Of a DNA stretch of 64,000 nucleotides, positions 27,233 through 36,460 are shown in pieces. The DNA is taken from NCBI GenBank assembly GCA_964291285.2, contig OZ219787.1:896001-960000 (forward strand). The letters run 5' to 3'. The notes beneath the pieces are model-generated. The model made no database searches. It was given only the letters and a program-made list of their open reading frames with translations, and had not been told where the DNA came from. The DNA comes from Alphaproteobacteria bacterium. GTDB lineage: Bacteria > Pseudomonadota > Alphaproteobacteria > Bin95. Numbering within the stretch: the first letter of the stretch is position 1; every line of letters starts with the position of its first letter. The translations under genes and the position numbers were made by a program.

Positions 27233-27978
27233 ACCGGACAGCGATGACCGTGTCGCTGAACGAGGTCGGCTTCTACTTCACCCGGGCGGCCGTCGGCGCA
27301 GGCGCTCCGTTCGGGCTCGGCGAGGAGTTTGCCGAGGCCTCCAGGTGGGCGGCGTTTCTCGGGCTCGATCCGGCGGCGGTGGCCGTGCCCGCGCTTCGCG
27401 GGCTTGCGGGCGGGGGAAGCGGCATCGCGTTCACGTTCCACCGGACGGAGAATATCATTTCCGTCGTCAGTCGCGACGGTCGCATCCTGTCGGCCATCTA
27501 TGCGGGCCCGGTCGTTGCCGACCGGCTGCTGGTGGAAGCGGCGCATGGCGAAGAATGCCGCCTGCTGCTCGATGCAACCGACCGGCCGCCGCTGATCGCG
27601 GCGGCCGTGGCCTCGGCCGGCATTTGCGCCTCCCGGATTGCGGTCTCCTGGCAGTCCCGAAACGCCGGCCGGACCGTCGTCGAACTGAACCGCCGCCTCG
27701 CCGCCCTGACCGGTCCGGAGGCCGCCGCAATCGAGGCGTCCGGTCCTGCGGCAGTCGAGATTGTCCTGAACGGCGCCGGAACTGCGGCGCCGCCTTCGTC
27801 GCAAACGAGGACGATACGGCTCGCCGATGGCAGATCCAACGCGGTAGAGCGCGGCGTCGTCATGGACGGCGCGGCCTGGTCAACGGTGTACGACTACTTC
27901 AGCAGGTGCCTGGTGCCTTCCACCGGCCGGTCCCGCACTGCGGGCGCCGGCGCCGGAGAGGCGACCGACTACGACTGA
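27229..27978 (+). CDS. DUF3726-like protein
   Basis: SLNEV..RAAVGAGAPFGLGEE N-terminus; C-terminal VPST..SR.AGAGAG..D.D. Confidence 0.75.
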   Translation: MNRTAMTVSLNEVGFYFTRAAVGAGAPFGLGEEFAEASRWAAFLGLDPAAVAVPALRGLAGGGSGIAFTFHRTENIISVVSRDGRILSAIYAGPVVADRLLVEAAHGEECRLLLDATDRPPLIAAAVASAGICASRIAVSWQSRNAGRTVVELNRRLAALTGPEAAAIEASGPAAVEIVLNGAGTAAPPSSQTRTIRLADGRSNAVERGVVMDGAAWSTVYDYFSRCLVPSTGRSRTAGAGAGEATDYD

Positions 27979-28065
27979 CTTGCCGATTTGCGATGCCGCT
28001 TCCGGGCCGGACGGTCCGGCGACCTGCGGCGTGTTCGATCTGTCCCCGCCCGGCGGGGTCCCGGA

Positions 28066-29088
28066 TCACGCGCTGCCGGCGTGCACAGGTTCGCTGCGGC
28101 GCGGGCCGGCGCCGCGGGCGAAGCGGGCGTCGTTGTAGATCCTGACCGTGGTGGGCGCGTAGAGCGGCGGGTGCCTCGCGTCCACGCAGGTGCCGATGCA
28201 GGCGATCGGCGCGTCGTAGTTGGGACGGGTGAAGTAGCCGATGGACAGCCGGCGCGAGCGGGACCGCGCTTCCGCCTCGGGCACCGCGACCCGGTGCGGC
28301 GTGGAGACCCAGCGGTCGTTCGTCCAGCGCATCAGCAGGTCGCCGATATTGACGATGAAGGTGTCGTCGATGGCCGGCGCATCGATCCAGTCGCTGGCGC
28401 GCGGGCGCACTTGCAGGCCGCCCGCAGCCGCCTCGTTGCGCAGGATCGTCATCATGCCGAGGTCGGTGTGGACGCCGCAGCGCAGCTGGCCGGGTTCGAG
28501 CTCGCGGTCCGGGGCCGGATAGTGCAGCAGGCGGAGCTGGCTCGCATGGCGGTCGAGCTTGTCCCGGAACCAGTCGGCGGGAAGGCCGAGCGCCAGCGCG
28601 AAATAGCGGGCGAGCCTGGACGAGAGGTCTTCCAGCGCCAGGAAATAGGCCTTCATGGCGGGCTCCAGCGCCGGCGGCCGGGCGGGCCAGAGATTGGGCG
28701 CGAAGTTCGGGTAGGAGCGCTCCTGCGAATGGTAGCGGTCGTCCGGGCGCCCGAACGGGCCGACCGCGAACACCTCCTTGAAGTCGGGCGGTGTGTCGCC
28801 GCCATGCATCCGGGCCAGCGTCTCCTCGCCATAGGGGATGTAGCCGCGATTCTGGTCGTGCTGCGGCCGGCGCACCGTCATCTTCGCTTCGAGCGGCAGG
28901 TCGAAGAAGGCCTGCGCGGCGTCGTAGAGCGCGGTCTGGACCGCTTCCGGCACGCCGTGGTTCCGGATGACGACGAAGCCGATCTCGCGGCAGATCCCGT
29001 CGAGTTCCCGCGCGGCGGCAGCGGCTTCCGCCGGGTCCGGGCTCTCGAAGCGCCCGAGGTCGAAAAGGGGGATCGCCCGGGTCGTCAT
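28066..29088 (-). CDS. Isopenicillin N synthase family 2OG-Fe(II) oxygenase
   Basis: NRGY, DFKE, HTDLG, NIGDLL, STPHRV and RLSI. Confidence 0.93.
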   Translation of the reverse strand: MTTRAIPLFDLGRFESPDPAEAAAAARELDGICREIGFVVIRNHGVPEAVQTALYDAAQAFFDLPLEAKMTVRRPQHDQNRGYIPYGEETLARMHGGDTPPDFKEVFAVGPFGRPDDRYHSQERSYPNFAPNLWPARPPALEPAMKAYFLALEDLSSRLARYFALALGLPADWFRDKLDRHASQLRLLHYPAPDRELEPGQLRCGVHTDLGMMTILRNEAAAGGLQVRPRASDWIDAPAIDDTFIVNIGDLLMRWTNDRWVSTPHRVAVPEAEARSRSRRLSIGYFTRPNYDAPIACIGTCVDARHPPLYAPTTVRIYNDARFARGAGPRRSEPVHAGSA

Positions 29089-29191
29089 TGCGCCATCCTG
29101 CCACGCAGCGCGGGACTTGTCTCCCCGCGGCTCCGGCTCGGGCAGGTTCCGGGGTAAAGTCGCCCGGAGCCACGCATTCGGGAGCGATGGG

Positions 29192-29953
29192 ATGCAGGCG
29201 GTCGCCCGCCGCTTTCTCCGCCGAGCCCAACTCTGGACGGCAATCGGGCTGGTCCTCGTTGCAGGCTGGGCGTTCGTTGCCTGGATGACGCTCGACATGG
29301 CGCATCCGCTCGTTCGCCTGACGATGCCTTTCGACACCGCGTGGCCCTGGGAAACGGCGGCCGCGGTATTCGTCATGTGGGCGGGCATGATGGTCGCCAT
29401 GATGCTGCCCTCGGCTGCCCCGATGATCCTTGCCTTCGACACGGTGGAGCGCGGCAACGACGGAGCGGCGGGCGGTTCTGCATCGCGGTCAATAGTCTTC
29501 GCCGCAGCTTATCTGCTCGTGTGGATCGGCTGGTCCGCGCTCGCCGCCGGGTCTCAATGGCTTCTGCAGGCGGGCGGCCTGCTGACGCCGATGATCGTCA
29601 GCAACTCGGAAGAGTTGACGGCGGGATTGCTCGTCCTCGCGGGCCTCTACCAGTTCACGCCGTTGAAGCGGGCTTGCCTCAGGCATTGCCGCACGCCGCT
29701 CGGGTTTCTCATGGCGGAATGGCGCGAGGGGATGCGCGGCGCGCTCGCGATGGGCCTCAGGCACGGCCTCTACTGCGCGGGATGCTGCTGGGCGCTCATG
29801 CTGCTGCTGTTCGTCGCGGGCGTCATGAACCCCGTCTGGATCCTCTTCCTGACGGTCGTGGTCGCGCTCGAAAAATGGCCGCGCCTGCCGGCCTGGCTCA
29901 CCTGGGCTTACGGCGCCGCCCTGCTGTTCGCCGGCGCGGCGCTCCTGCTGTAG
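29192..29953 (+). CDS. DUF2182 metal-binding integral membrane protein
   Basis: MMVAMMLPS, YQFTPLKRACLRHCRTP and YCAGCCWALM. Confidence 0.92.
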   Translation: MQAVARRFLRRAQLWTAIGLVLVAGWAFVAWMTLDMAHPLVRLTMPFDTAWPWETAAAVFVMWAGMMVAMMLPSAAPMILAFDTVERGNDGAAGGSASRSIVFAAAYLLVWIGWSALAAGSQWLLQAGGLLTPMIVSNSEELTAGLLVLAGLYQFTPLKRACLRHCRTPLGFLMAEWREGMRGALAMGLRHGLYCAGCCWALMLLLFVAGVMNPVWILFLTVVVALEKWPRLPAWLTWAYGAALLFAGAALLL

Positions 29954-29969
29954 CCGGAACTCGCGAGGC

Positions 29970-30617
29970 TTACGGCCCGGTCCAGTCGAACGGGATGTGC
30001 TTGGCGGAATTGACGTCCCAGGAGAATTCGAAACCGAAGGCGTTGACCTTGCACACGGTCGCCTTCCCCCAGGTAACGAGCTGCGGACCCGGCCCGGTTT
30101 CCGAGCCCGGCGCATTGGCGAGGCGCGGATATTCGCCGGGATTGCTGGTCGGACCGGTGAGCGCGTCCGCCCAGGCCGTGACCTTGCCCGCGATATCGAC
30201 GCCCCAGCGCGACTGGTCGGGCGTGATCTCGAAGGAAATTGCCGCCCGCTCGACCCCGCGCAGCTTGCGGCCTTCGGTGAAGAGCGCGGCCACCTTGCCG
30301 GGGAAGCCGCCGGCCCGCCCGCCGATGATGGCCGTCAGGGCCTCGGCCTGGGCGTCGTCCGCGCGGTCGTCGATGAAGAGCCCCGCCTCGCCCTCGGCCT
30401 TGCCCGCCCACAGGTCGCCTTCCCAGCGGCCGACCCGCACGAAGGCGCGGTCGTCGAGGACCGTGTCCCCGTAATGCCCGCGTTTGACGTGCCAGAAGAG
30501 GACCGACTCGCAGAAATTGTTGTCTGGCGCCTGCGCGAAGGTGCAGGGGCAGGCGACGGCGCAGCTGCAATTGTCGAACCAGTCGCCCACGATGTGCCAG
30601 CTCGGCGTATCCGGCAT
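29970..30617 (-). CDS. DUF1326 family protein
   Basis: WFDNCSCAVACPC, FIDDRADDAQAEAL and GRAGG. Confidence 0.9.
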   Translation of the reverse strand: MPDTPSWHIVGDWFDNCSCAVACPCTFAQAPDNNFCESVLFWHVKRGHYGDTVLDDRAFVRVGRWEGDLWAGKAEGEAGLFIDDRADDAQAEALTAIIGGRAGGFPGKVAALFTEGRKLRGVERAAISFEITPDQSRWGVDIAGKVTAWADALTGPTSNPGEYPRLANAPGSETGPGPQLVTWGKATVCKVNAFGFEFSWDVNSAKHIPFDWTGP

Positions 30618-30747
30618 GAGAGCCTCCCTCAGTGCCGCAATCTCAGCGTGGATGCTACGGGATAGCGGGCAAGAGGCGCAACGGGCATTGCGGCCGGCGG
30701 CGGGGCAGGGTAGCAGGCGGACCCGGCGAGCAAGGAAAGGAGGCCCC

Positions 30748-31230
30748 ATGCGCCTGCAAACGAGTCTTTCGCTGGCCGAGGCCAATGCCATCGTGACGGA
30801 AGCGCTCAGGCTCGGGCGGGCGGAAGGAATGCTGCCGCTCACGGTCGTTGCGCTCGATGCGGGCGGCAAGCCGGTCGCCATGCAGTCGGAAGACGGCTCC
30901 GGCCTGCTGCGCTTCGACATCGCTTTCGGCAAGGCCTGGGGCGCGCTCGGCATGGGCATCTCCAGCCGCCTCATCCGGGACCGGCTGGCTGCCCGCCCGG
31001 CCTTCCAGGCCGCGCTCGCCGCAGCATCGGACGGGCGCTTCGTCCCGGTGCCGGGAGGCGTCCTGATCCAGACCGGCGAGGGCGTCACCATCGGGGCCGT
31101 GGGCGTCAGCGGCGACACCTCGGAGAAGGACGAATATTGCGCCGTCGAGGCGATCAGGAGCGCCAGCCTTTTCCCGGAACCCGCCGAGCCCGACCCGGAC
31201 TGGCGCGGCTCGTCGCTTTCCGACCGGTAG
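30748..31230 (+). CDS. GlcG/HbpS heme-binding family protein
   Basis: IAFGKAW, PGGVLI and GAVGVSGDTSEKDE. Confidence 0.92.
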   Translation: MRLQTSLSLAEANAIVTEALRLGRAEGMLPLTVVALDAGGKPVAMQSEDGSGLLRFDIAFGKAWGALGMGISSRLIRDRLAARPAFQAALAAASDGRFVPVPGGVLIQTGEGVTIGAVGVSGDTSEKDEYCAVEAIRSASLFPEPAEPDPDWRGSSLSDR

Positions 31231-31266
31231 GAGGCGCCCCGCTTCGTCAGGAGCGACCGGAGGCAG

Positions 31267-31941
31267 TCATCCCTTGATGACGTGCTCCTTCGTCACGACG
31301 AAGGCGAGGCGGGACTCGTCGAGGAAATTGGCCTCGTCGGCGCGGGTCTCTGCATAGGCTTGCGAGGCGGCCGACGCGCGCATGGCGTCGGTGTCGTCGA
31401 ACCAAGTGATCGCGAGGCCGTCCAGCGCCGGCTGCCTTCCGTCCCGGTAGGCGCCGGGGCGGATGTGGTTCTGCACATAGCGGCGTATCTGCGTGATCCC
31501 GGCGGCGATGGGACCGTGGGTGCCGCGCCAGTAGTCCTGGAAGGCGCCCACTTCCATGCCGGGTTTGCGGAGCACGAGTTCGATGTTCTTCACGCCGTCC
31601 GCCGGCCGCTCGCCGTCCATGACCACATGCTCCTCGACCAGCAGCGTCGCCATGCTCGCCCGGTCGATGAAGCGCGCCTCGTCCTCGCAGAGCGCCTGGA
31701 ATTCCGGCAGGGCGGCATTGCGCCGGAGCGTCTCCATGTCCTCCCACCATGTCTCGGCCACGCCGTCGCAGGCGAGCTCGCCCTTGGCGTAGCCGCCGGG
31801 CAGCGGGTGGTTCTGGCAGTAGCCCACCAGACCCGGCATTTTCAGCACCGCCTTCGGATGCTCGTTCAGCCAGTAGGAGCGGAACGCCTCCAGGTCCATG
31901 CCGGGCTTGCGTTTGAATACGATGGCGGCCTTGACGGTCAT
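31267..31941 (-). CDS. Tandem EthD-domain protein
   Basis: Two repeats of RKPGM..F..YW...H / Y.QNH / DG / DEA.F. Confidence 0.9.
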   Translation of the reverse strand: MTVKAAIVFKRKPGMDLEAFRSYWLNEHPKAVLKMPGLVGYCQNHPLPGGYAKGELACDGVAETWWEDMETLRRNAALPEFQALCEDEARFIDRASMATLLVEEHVVMDGERPADGVKNIELVLRKPGMEVGAFQDYWRGTHGPIAAGITQIRRYVQNHIRPGAYRDGRQPALDGLAITWFDDTDAMRASAASQAYAETRADEANFLDESRLAFVVTKEHVIKG

Positions 31942-31966
31942 GGCCGGTCCTTTCCCCGTTTCATGC

Positions 31967-32725
31967 TCAGACGGTCAGGTAGCCGCCGTCGGCGGCAAGG
32001 GTGACGCCGGTGACATACTGGGCGAGGTCCGAGACCAGGAAGAGCACCGGGCCGGCGATGTCCTCCGGCGTGCCGTGGCGCCCCAGCGGGATATGCTGCA
32101 TGAAACGCGCCAGCATTTCCGGCTTCTTCTGGATGCCGTCCTCGTTGATCGGCGTGAAGATGAGGCCGGGCGCCACGGCATTGACCCGGATGCCGAACGG
32201 CCCGAGCTCCGCCGCCAGCCCCACGGTGAAGTTCTTCACCGCGCCCTTCGAGGTCGTATAGACGACCGAGTTGGGCGTGTGGACATGGGACTGGATCGAG
32301 CCGGTATTGACGATCCGGCCCTTCGTTTCCTTCAGCTGCTCCAGGAAGGCGTGGGTCATGTAGAACAGGGCGTTCACATTGACCGCGATGGTATCCTCCC
32401 AGTCCTGCCGCGCGGTGTTGGAGGAAAGCCCCGCCCGGCGCACGATGCCGGCATTGTTGAACAGGATCGAGGCGGGGCCGATCTCGATATGCACCCTGCC
32501 GGCGAGCGCCTGGCAGGCGTCCGCATCGGTGACGTCCACCGGGTAGGCCCGCGCCGCCGGGCCGATTTCGCCGGCGACGGCCTCGGCCTTCGCGCCGTCC
32601 ATATCCACGACCGCGACCCGCGCGCCCGCTTCCGCCAGCACATGCGCCGTGCCGCGGCCAATGCCGGAGCCGCCGCCGGTGATGACGGCGACATGGCCGT
32701 CCAGCAGTCCCCTGGGAACGATCAT
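31967..32725 (-). CDS. SDR family oxidoreductase
   Basis: TGGGSGIG, NNAG and YTTSK. Confidence 0.93.
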   Translation of the reverse strand: MIVPRGLLDGHVAVITGGGSGIGRGTAHVLAEAGARVAVVDMDGAKAEAVAGEIGPAARAYPVDVTDADACQALAGRVHIEIGPASILFNNAGIVRRAGLSSNTARQDWEDTIAVNVNALFYMTHAFLEQLKETKGRIVNTGSIQSHVHTPNSVVYTTSKGAVKNFTVGLAAELGPFGIRVNAVAPGLIFTPINEDGIQKKPEMLARFMQHIPLGRHGTPEDIAGPVLFLVSDLAQYVTGVTLAADGGYLTV

Positions 32726-33513
32726 CGCGCCGCCTCCTCGTCCACCGGGACCGTGTACATCAGCGGCAGCCGCCCGCCCTCGGCGTAGATCACCTGTCCG
32801 GTGACGTAGGAGGACTCCTCGCTCGCGAGGAAGAGCGCGACGGAGGCGATCTCGTCGGGCTCGGCCGGGCGCCCGATGGGCGTGCGCGACAGCACCGTGC
32901 GGCGCGCCTCCGGCGAGGAGAACACCATCTCCCGCATGAGTTCCGTGTTGGTGGAGCCGGGGCCGATGGCGTTGACGCGGATGCCCTTGTCGATGAGCGC
33001 GAGCGCCATGCCGGCCGTCATGTGGTTCACCGCCGCCTTGCTTGTGCAATAGGGAATCTGGGTGGGGATGACGCGCTTGCCGGCAATGGAGCCGATGGTG
33101 ACGATGGACCCGCCGCTTCCCTGCGCCACCATCTGGCGCGCGGCCGCCTGGACCGTCAGCATGACGCCGTTGACATTGACGCGCATCACCCGGTCGAAAT
33201 CGGCTTCCTCCAGATTGAGGAAATCCGCCTCGATGCCGATGCCGGCATTGGCGACCGCGATGTCGAGCCGGCCGTAGCGCTCGACGGCGAGCGCCACCAT
33301 GTCCCTGAGTTCGCCGGAGCGGGTCACGTCGCAGGCGGTCGCCGAGGCCACCGCCGCATCGTTCGAGATCGCGCGCGCGGCGGACTCGGCCCTAGCTCCG
33401 TCTATGTCGGAGAGCAGCACCTTCGCGCCCTCGCGCACGAAACGGTCGGCAATGGCCTTGCCGATCCCCTGTCCGGCTCCGGTGACGACGGCGACCTTGT
33501 TTTCCAGGCGCAT
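32722..33513 (-). CDS. SDR family oxidoreductase
   Basis: TGAGQGIG, ANAG and YCTSK; ATGA overlap with the downstream SDR. Confidence 0.93.
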   Translation of the reverse strand: MRLENKVAVVTGAGQGIGKAIADRFVREGAKVLLSDIDGARAESAARAISNDAAVASATACDVTRSGELRDMVALAVERYGRLDIAVANAGIGIEADFLNLEEADFDRVMRVNVNGVMLTVQAAARQMVAQGSGGSIVTIGSIAGKRVIPTQIPYCTSKAAVNHMTAGMALALIDKGIRVNAIGPGSTNTELMREMVFSSPEARRTVLSRTPIGRPAEPDEIASVALFLASEESSYVTGQVIYAEGGRLPLMYTVPVDEEAAR

Positions 33514-33678
33514 GAGCGGCTCCTTCGGGCGGTGAATTTCTCGGGGCCGGCGCACTATAGCGGCGGCGCCCGGCGCAACAAAACCGCAGGCGAACCGCCC
33601 CGTTGCTGCCATAATGGCCGGGGGAGACTCGCCGGAGCGCCGGGTCCTCCGGCAGGCGGCAAGGGTGCGAGGCGGACC

Positions 33679-35661
33679 ATGCGCGACTCCGAGCCCGTAA
33701 TCGACCGGTCGCTGGAGGCGGTCTATCGGCAGGCCCGGGAAGCGGCCGGCGCGCCGATCTCCGAACGGGAAAGCTGGACCCTGGAACTTCTGGTCGGCGT
33801 TGACAGCGGGCTCGAAGCGCTGGATAGCGCGGAGCCGGCTTCCGACCTGCAGCAAATCGCCGAAGCGGTGGGGGACCGGACCGTCCGCCGCCATTCGGCC
33901 TCGTGCCATTCGGTCGGCGGCGACCTCGTCCGGGTTCTTCCGGCCTGGCTGCTGGAGGACAGGCGCAGCCGCCGGGAACGGAACATCTGCGTCGTTTCGG
34001 GCGCGTTCGCGGCCAGTCTCCACATAGCCGACGCGCTGACCACGAAACCGCTCCCGCCGAAACGGCTGCGCAATTTCGCGTTGCGCCGCCGCCGGCCGTC
34101 CGGACGCCGCCGCCGGCGGCTGGCGGAGGAGGCGCAAGTCCTCCTCGAATGCCTGCAACGGGTTCTCGGCGCGGTGCCGGAAAGCGCCCGTGTGCTCAGA
34201 CGGATGGCCGCATGCCCGGAGGAGGCGGAGCGCGCTGCGCTGACGGTATGGAACGGGTTCGTCGACGAATGCTGCAACAGGATGGGGCGGCAGGCCGTCA
34301 GGGCCGGACTGACCATGGAGGGGCTGGCGCTCCTCAGCCAGGGGCGCGACGGGGGCCGGGACCGGATGTGGTTCCAGGAACATTACCCCTGGGCTTTCGG
34401 GGCCGCTCTCGACAGCGGGGACGCGGAGCGGCTGCTCCACCGCATCGACGAGAACCGGGCCAATGCGCGCGCCGTGGCCGAGCGGCTGCTCTGCTGCCAG
34501 AGGCTCGAGGAATGCGAAAGCGCACGCCTCGTTGCAAGGCGGATGCCGAAATACCGCGCCGATCCGGCGTTGCTGCATGTTCTCGGACGGTATTCGTCGG
34601 AGCGCGACACCCGGTTCCGCGCCATCCTGCTGGAGGCGAACGCGCGCGACGAAGGCGAATTGCTGGCGCACCTCCTTCGCGACGGTGCGGCAACGCGCAG
34701 GCGCCTCGGCTTCGCCGCTCAGGCTGTACTCCGAACGGGCGCGACGGGGAGCGGCCTGAGTACGCGCTACGGGTGCGGGATGCTGGCGTTCCGCAGTTTC
34801 GCCTGGAGCCGCCACGAGCCGGACGCTGCCGATCCGGCGGTTCTGGTCGAAGGACTGGCCGCTGCCTCCGCCGACTGCCTGGCCGGCTTTGCGGCCTGCC
34901 ATCCGCCGGAGGAGACGGACGATCCGGATCAACCCGGGGGGCCGGACCCGGTCGACCGGGGCATCGCGGCCCTGACCGGCTTGCTGGACGGGGCGGAACG
35001 GCCCGAACTGACGGGGAGGCAATTGGTCGCCTTCGCCGAAGGGGCCGCGGCGCGCTGCGTCCATCGCATCCGCATTCTCGAACGCGCCGATATCGGCTCA
35101 GAATGGCCCGAGCCGCCCGGCTGGAAGGCACAGCCCCGAATTGCTGGAGCACGGTTCCTCGCGACTCCGGACGCTGTGCGCGCGGAAGGCAGCCGGATGC
35201 AGAACTGCCTGCGCTACGCCGAGGCCTATATTCACGGCTCTGCGCTGGGGCGCCTCATGCTGTTTTCGATCCGTGCGCCGGAGGAGGCTTCGCGGGCAAC
35301 GCTCAGCCTCGCATCCCTTGAGAGCCTCGACGACGACCGCATCCGGGTCGATGGATACCGGGTCTCCGAAATCCGCGGCGTCCGGAACGGGGAGCCCGAC
35401 CCGGCCTGCCTCGCCGTGGCGGAGCGGGTCGCAAGGGCCCTCAACGACAGTTGCCCCTTCATCCTGCCGCCGGAAGAGGCGCTTCGCCGGGCGGAGGTAC
35501 GCCGGGTGCTGAACGAACGCCGCAGCTACAACGAAGACCTCGCCGCCGCCGAGGAACGCTGGCGCGAACTCTACCTGCCGCTCCTGCCCAGGCGCTTCGC
35601 CGGCCTCTCGGCCCGGGAAGTCGTGGAGGACTGGATCCGGAAGCGGGCCGGGGACGCTTGA
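33679..35661 (+). CDS. Hypothetical protein (660 aa) with C-terminal PcfJ-like domain
   Basis: RAEGSRMQNCL..Y, LFSIR..RATL and EIRGVRNGEP; GAGG RBS. Confidence 0.65.
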   Translation: MRDSEPVIDRSLEAVYRQAREAAGAPISERESWTLELLVGVDSGLEALDSAEPASDLQQIAEAVGDRTVRRHSASCHSVGGDLVRVLPAWLLEDRRSRRERNICVVSGAFAASLHIADALTTKPLPPKRLRNFALRRRRPSGRRRRRLAEEAQVLLECLQRVLGAVPESARVLRRMAACPEEAERAALTVWNGFVDECCNRMGRQAVRAGLTMEGLALLSQGRDGGRDRMWFQEHYPWAFGAALDSGDAERLLHRIDENRANARAVAERLLCCQRLEECESARLVARRMPKYRADPALLHVLGRYSSERDTRFRAILLEANARDEGELLAHLLRDGAATRRRLGFAAQAVLRTGATGSGLSTRYGCGMLAFRSFAWSRHEPDAADPAVLVEGLAAASADCLAGFAACHPPEETDDPDQPGGPDPVDRGIAALTGLLDGAERPELTGRQLVAFAEGAAARCVHRIRILERADIGSEWPEPPGWKAQPRIAGARFLATPDAVRAEGSRMQNCLRYAEAYIHGSALGRLMLFSIRAPEEASRATLSLASLESLDDDRIRVDGYRVSEIRGVRNGEPDPACLAVAERVARALNDSCPFILPPEEALRRAEVRRVLNERRSYNEDLAAAEERWRELYLPLLPRRFAGLSAREVVEDWIRKRAGDA

Positions 35662-35711
35662 CCGGGCACGCTCCCCCTGCCCATATCGCCGGGGCGGCGG
35701 CAGGAGGCGGC

Positions 35712-36425
35712 ATGGAGGATTTTTCGGGGTTGGGCCGGAAGCGGCTGGAGCGCATGGCCGCCGCCGGGCGCGAGGTGCGCGAGACGGTTCGTGCGCTGGC
35801 GAACACGGGCGACAATCCAGTCTCCGAGGTGCTGTGCCACCAGGACCCGTTCGAGGTCTGGGACCACTACCCGAAGGGCGACGTGTATGACTGGAAGACG
35901 CACAGCCAGTATTACTTCCACGCCCATCCGCCCTCCGAGAGCCGGTTCCCGGAGCACGGCCATTTCCACACCTTCCTCAGGCCCAAGGGCATGCCCGTGG
36001 GGGTGAAACCCGCGCCGGTGGACGGCTTTGCCATGCCGGAGGACCCGGACGATGCACTCAGCCACCTGGTCGCCATTTCGGTGGATGAGGACGGCCGGCC
36101 GCTGCGCCTGTTCACCACCAACCGCTGGGTCACGGGCGAGGTCTGGTACCGGGCCCGCGACGTGGTCCGCATGCTGGACCTGTTCAACATCGACCACGCC
36201 CAGCCCTCATGGCCCGCGAACCGCTGGGTGACGGCGATGGTAGCGCTCTTCCGCCCGCAGATCGAAACCCTGCTGCGCGAGCGCGACACCCGCATCGAAC
36301 TGCACGCCCGCTTCCGCCCCGACGGCGATGTTTACGAAGACCACGAGTTGGAAGTGGCCTCGGTGGCGGAAATCTCCGTGGACGAGCAGATCGAAGCCGT
36401 GGACGCGGCGCTCGCTGCCGCCTGA
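35712..36425 (+). CDS. DUF6969-like His-rich protein
   Basis: HYPKGDVYD, QYYFHAH, EHGHFHTF and LFTTNRWVTGE; AGGAGG RBS. Confidence 0.8.
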   Translation: MEDFSGLGRKRLERMAAAGREVRETVRALANTGDNPVSEVLCHQDPFEVWDHYPKGDVYDWKTHSQYYFHAHPPSESRFPEHGHFHTFLRPKGMPVGVKPAPVDGFAMPEDPDDALSHLVAISVDEDGRPLRLFTTNRWVTGEVWYRARDVVRMLDLFNIDHAQPSWPANRWVTAMVALFRPQIETLLRERDTRIELHARFRPDGDVYEDHELEVASVAEISVDEQIEAVDAALAAA

Positions 36426-36460
36426 CAGGGGCGTCCGCGCTTGAGGGCAGGGTGACCGGT

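Noticed and set aside
28066-29088. IPNS-like and beta-lactamase-like genes as a beta-lactam pathway
   Set aside because: Both are broad families, lie far apart, and no ACV synthetase or NRPS is present
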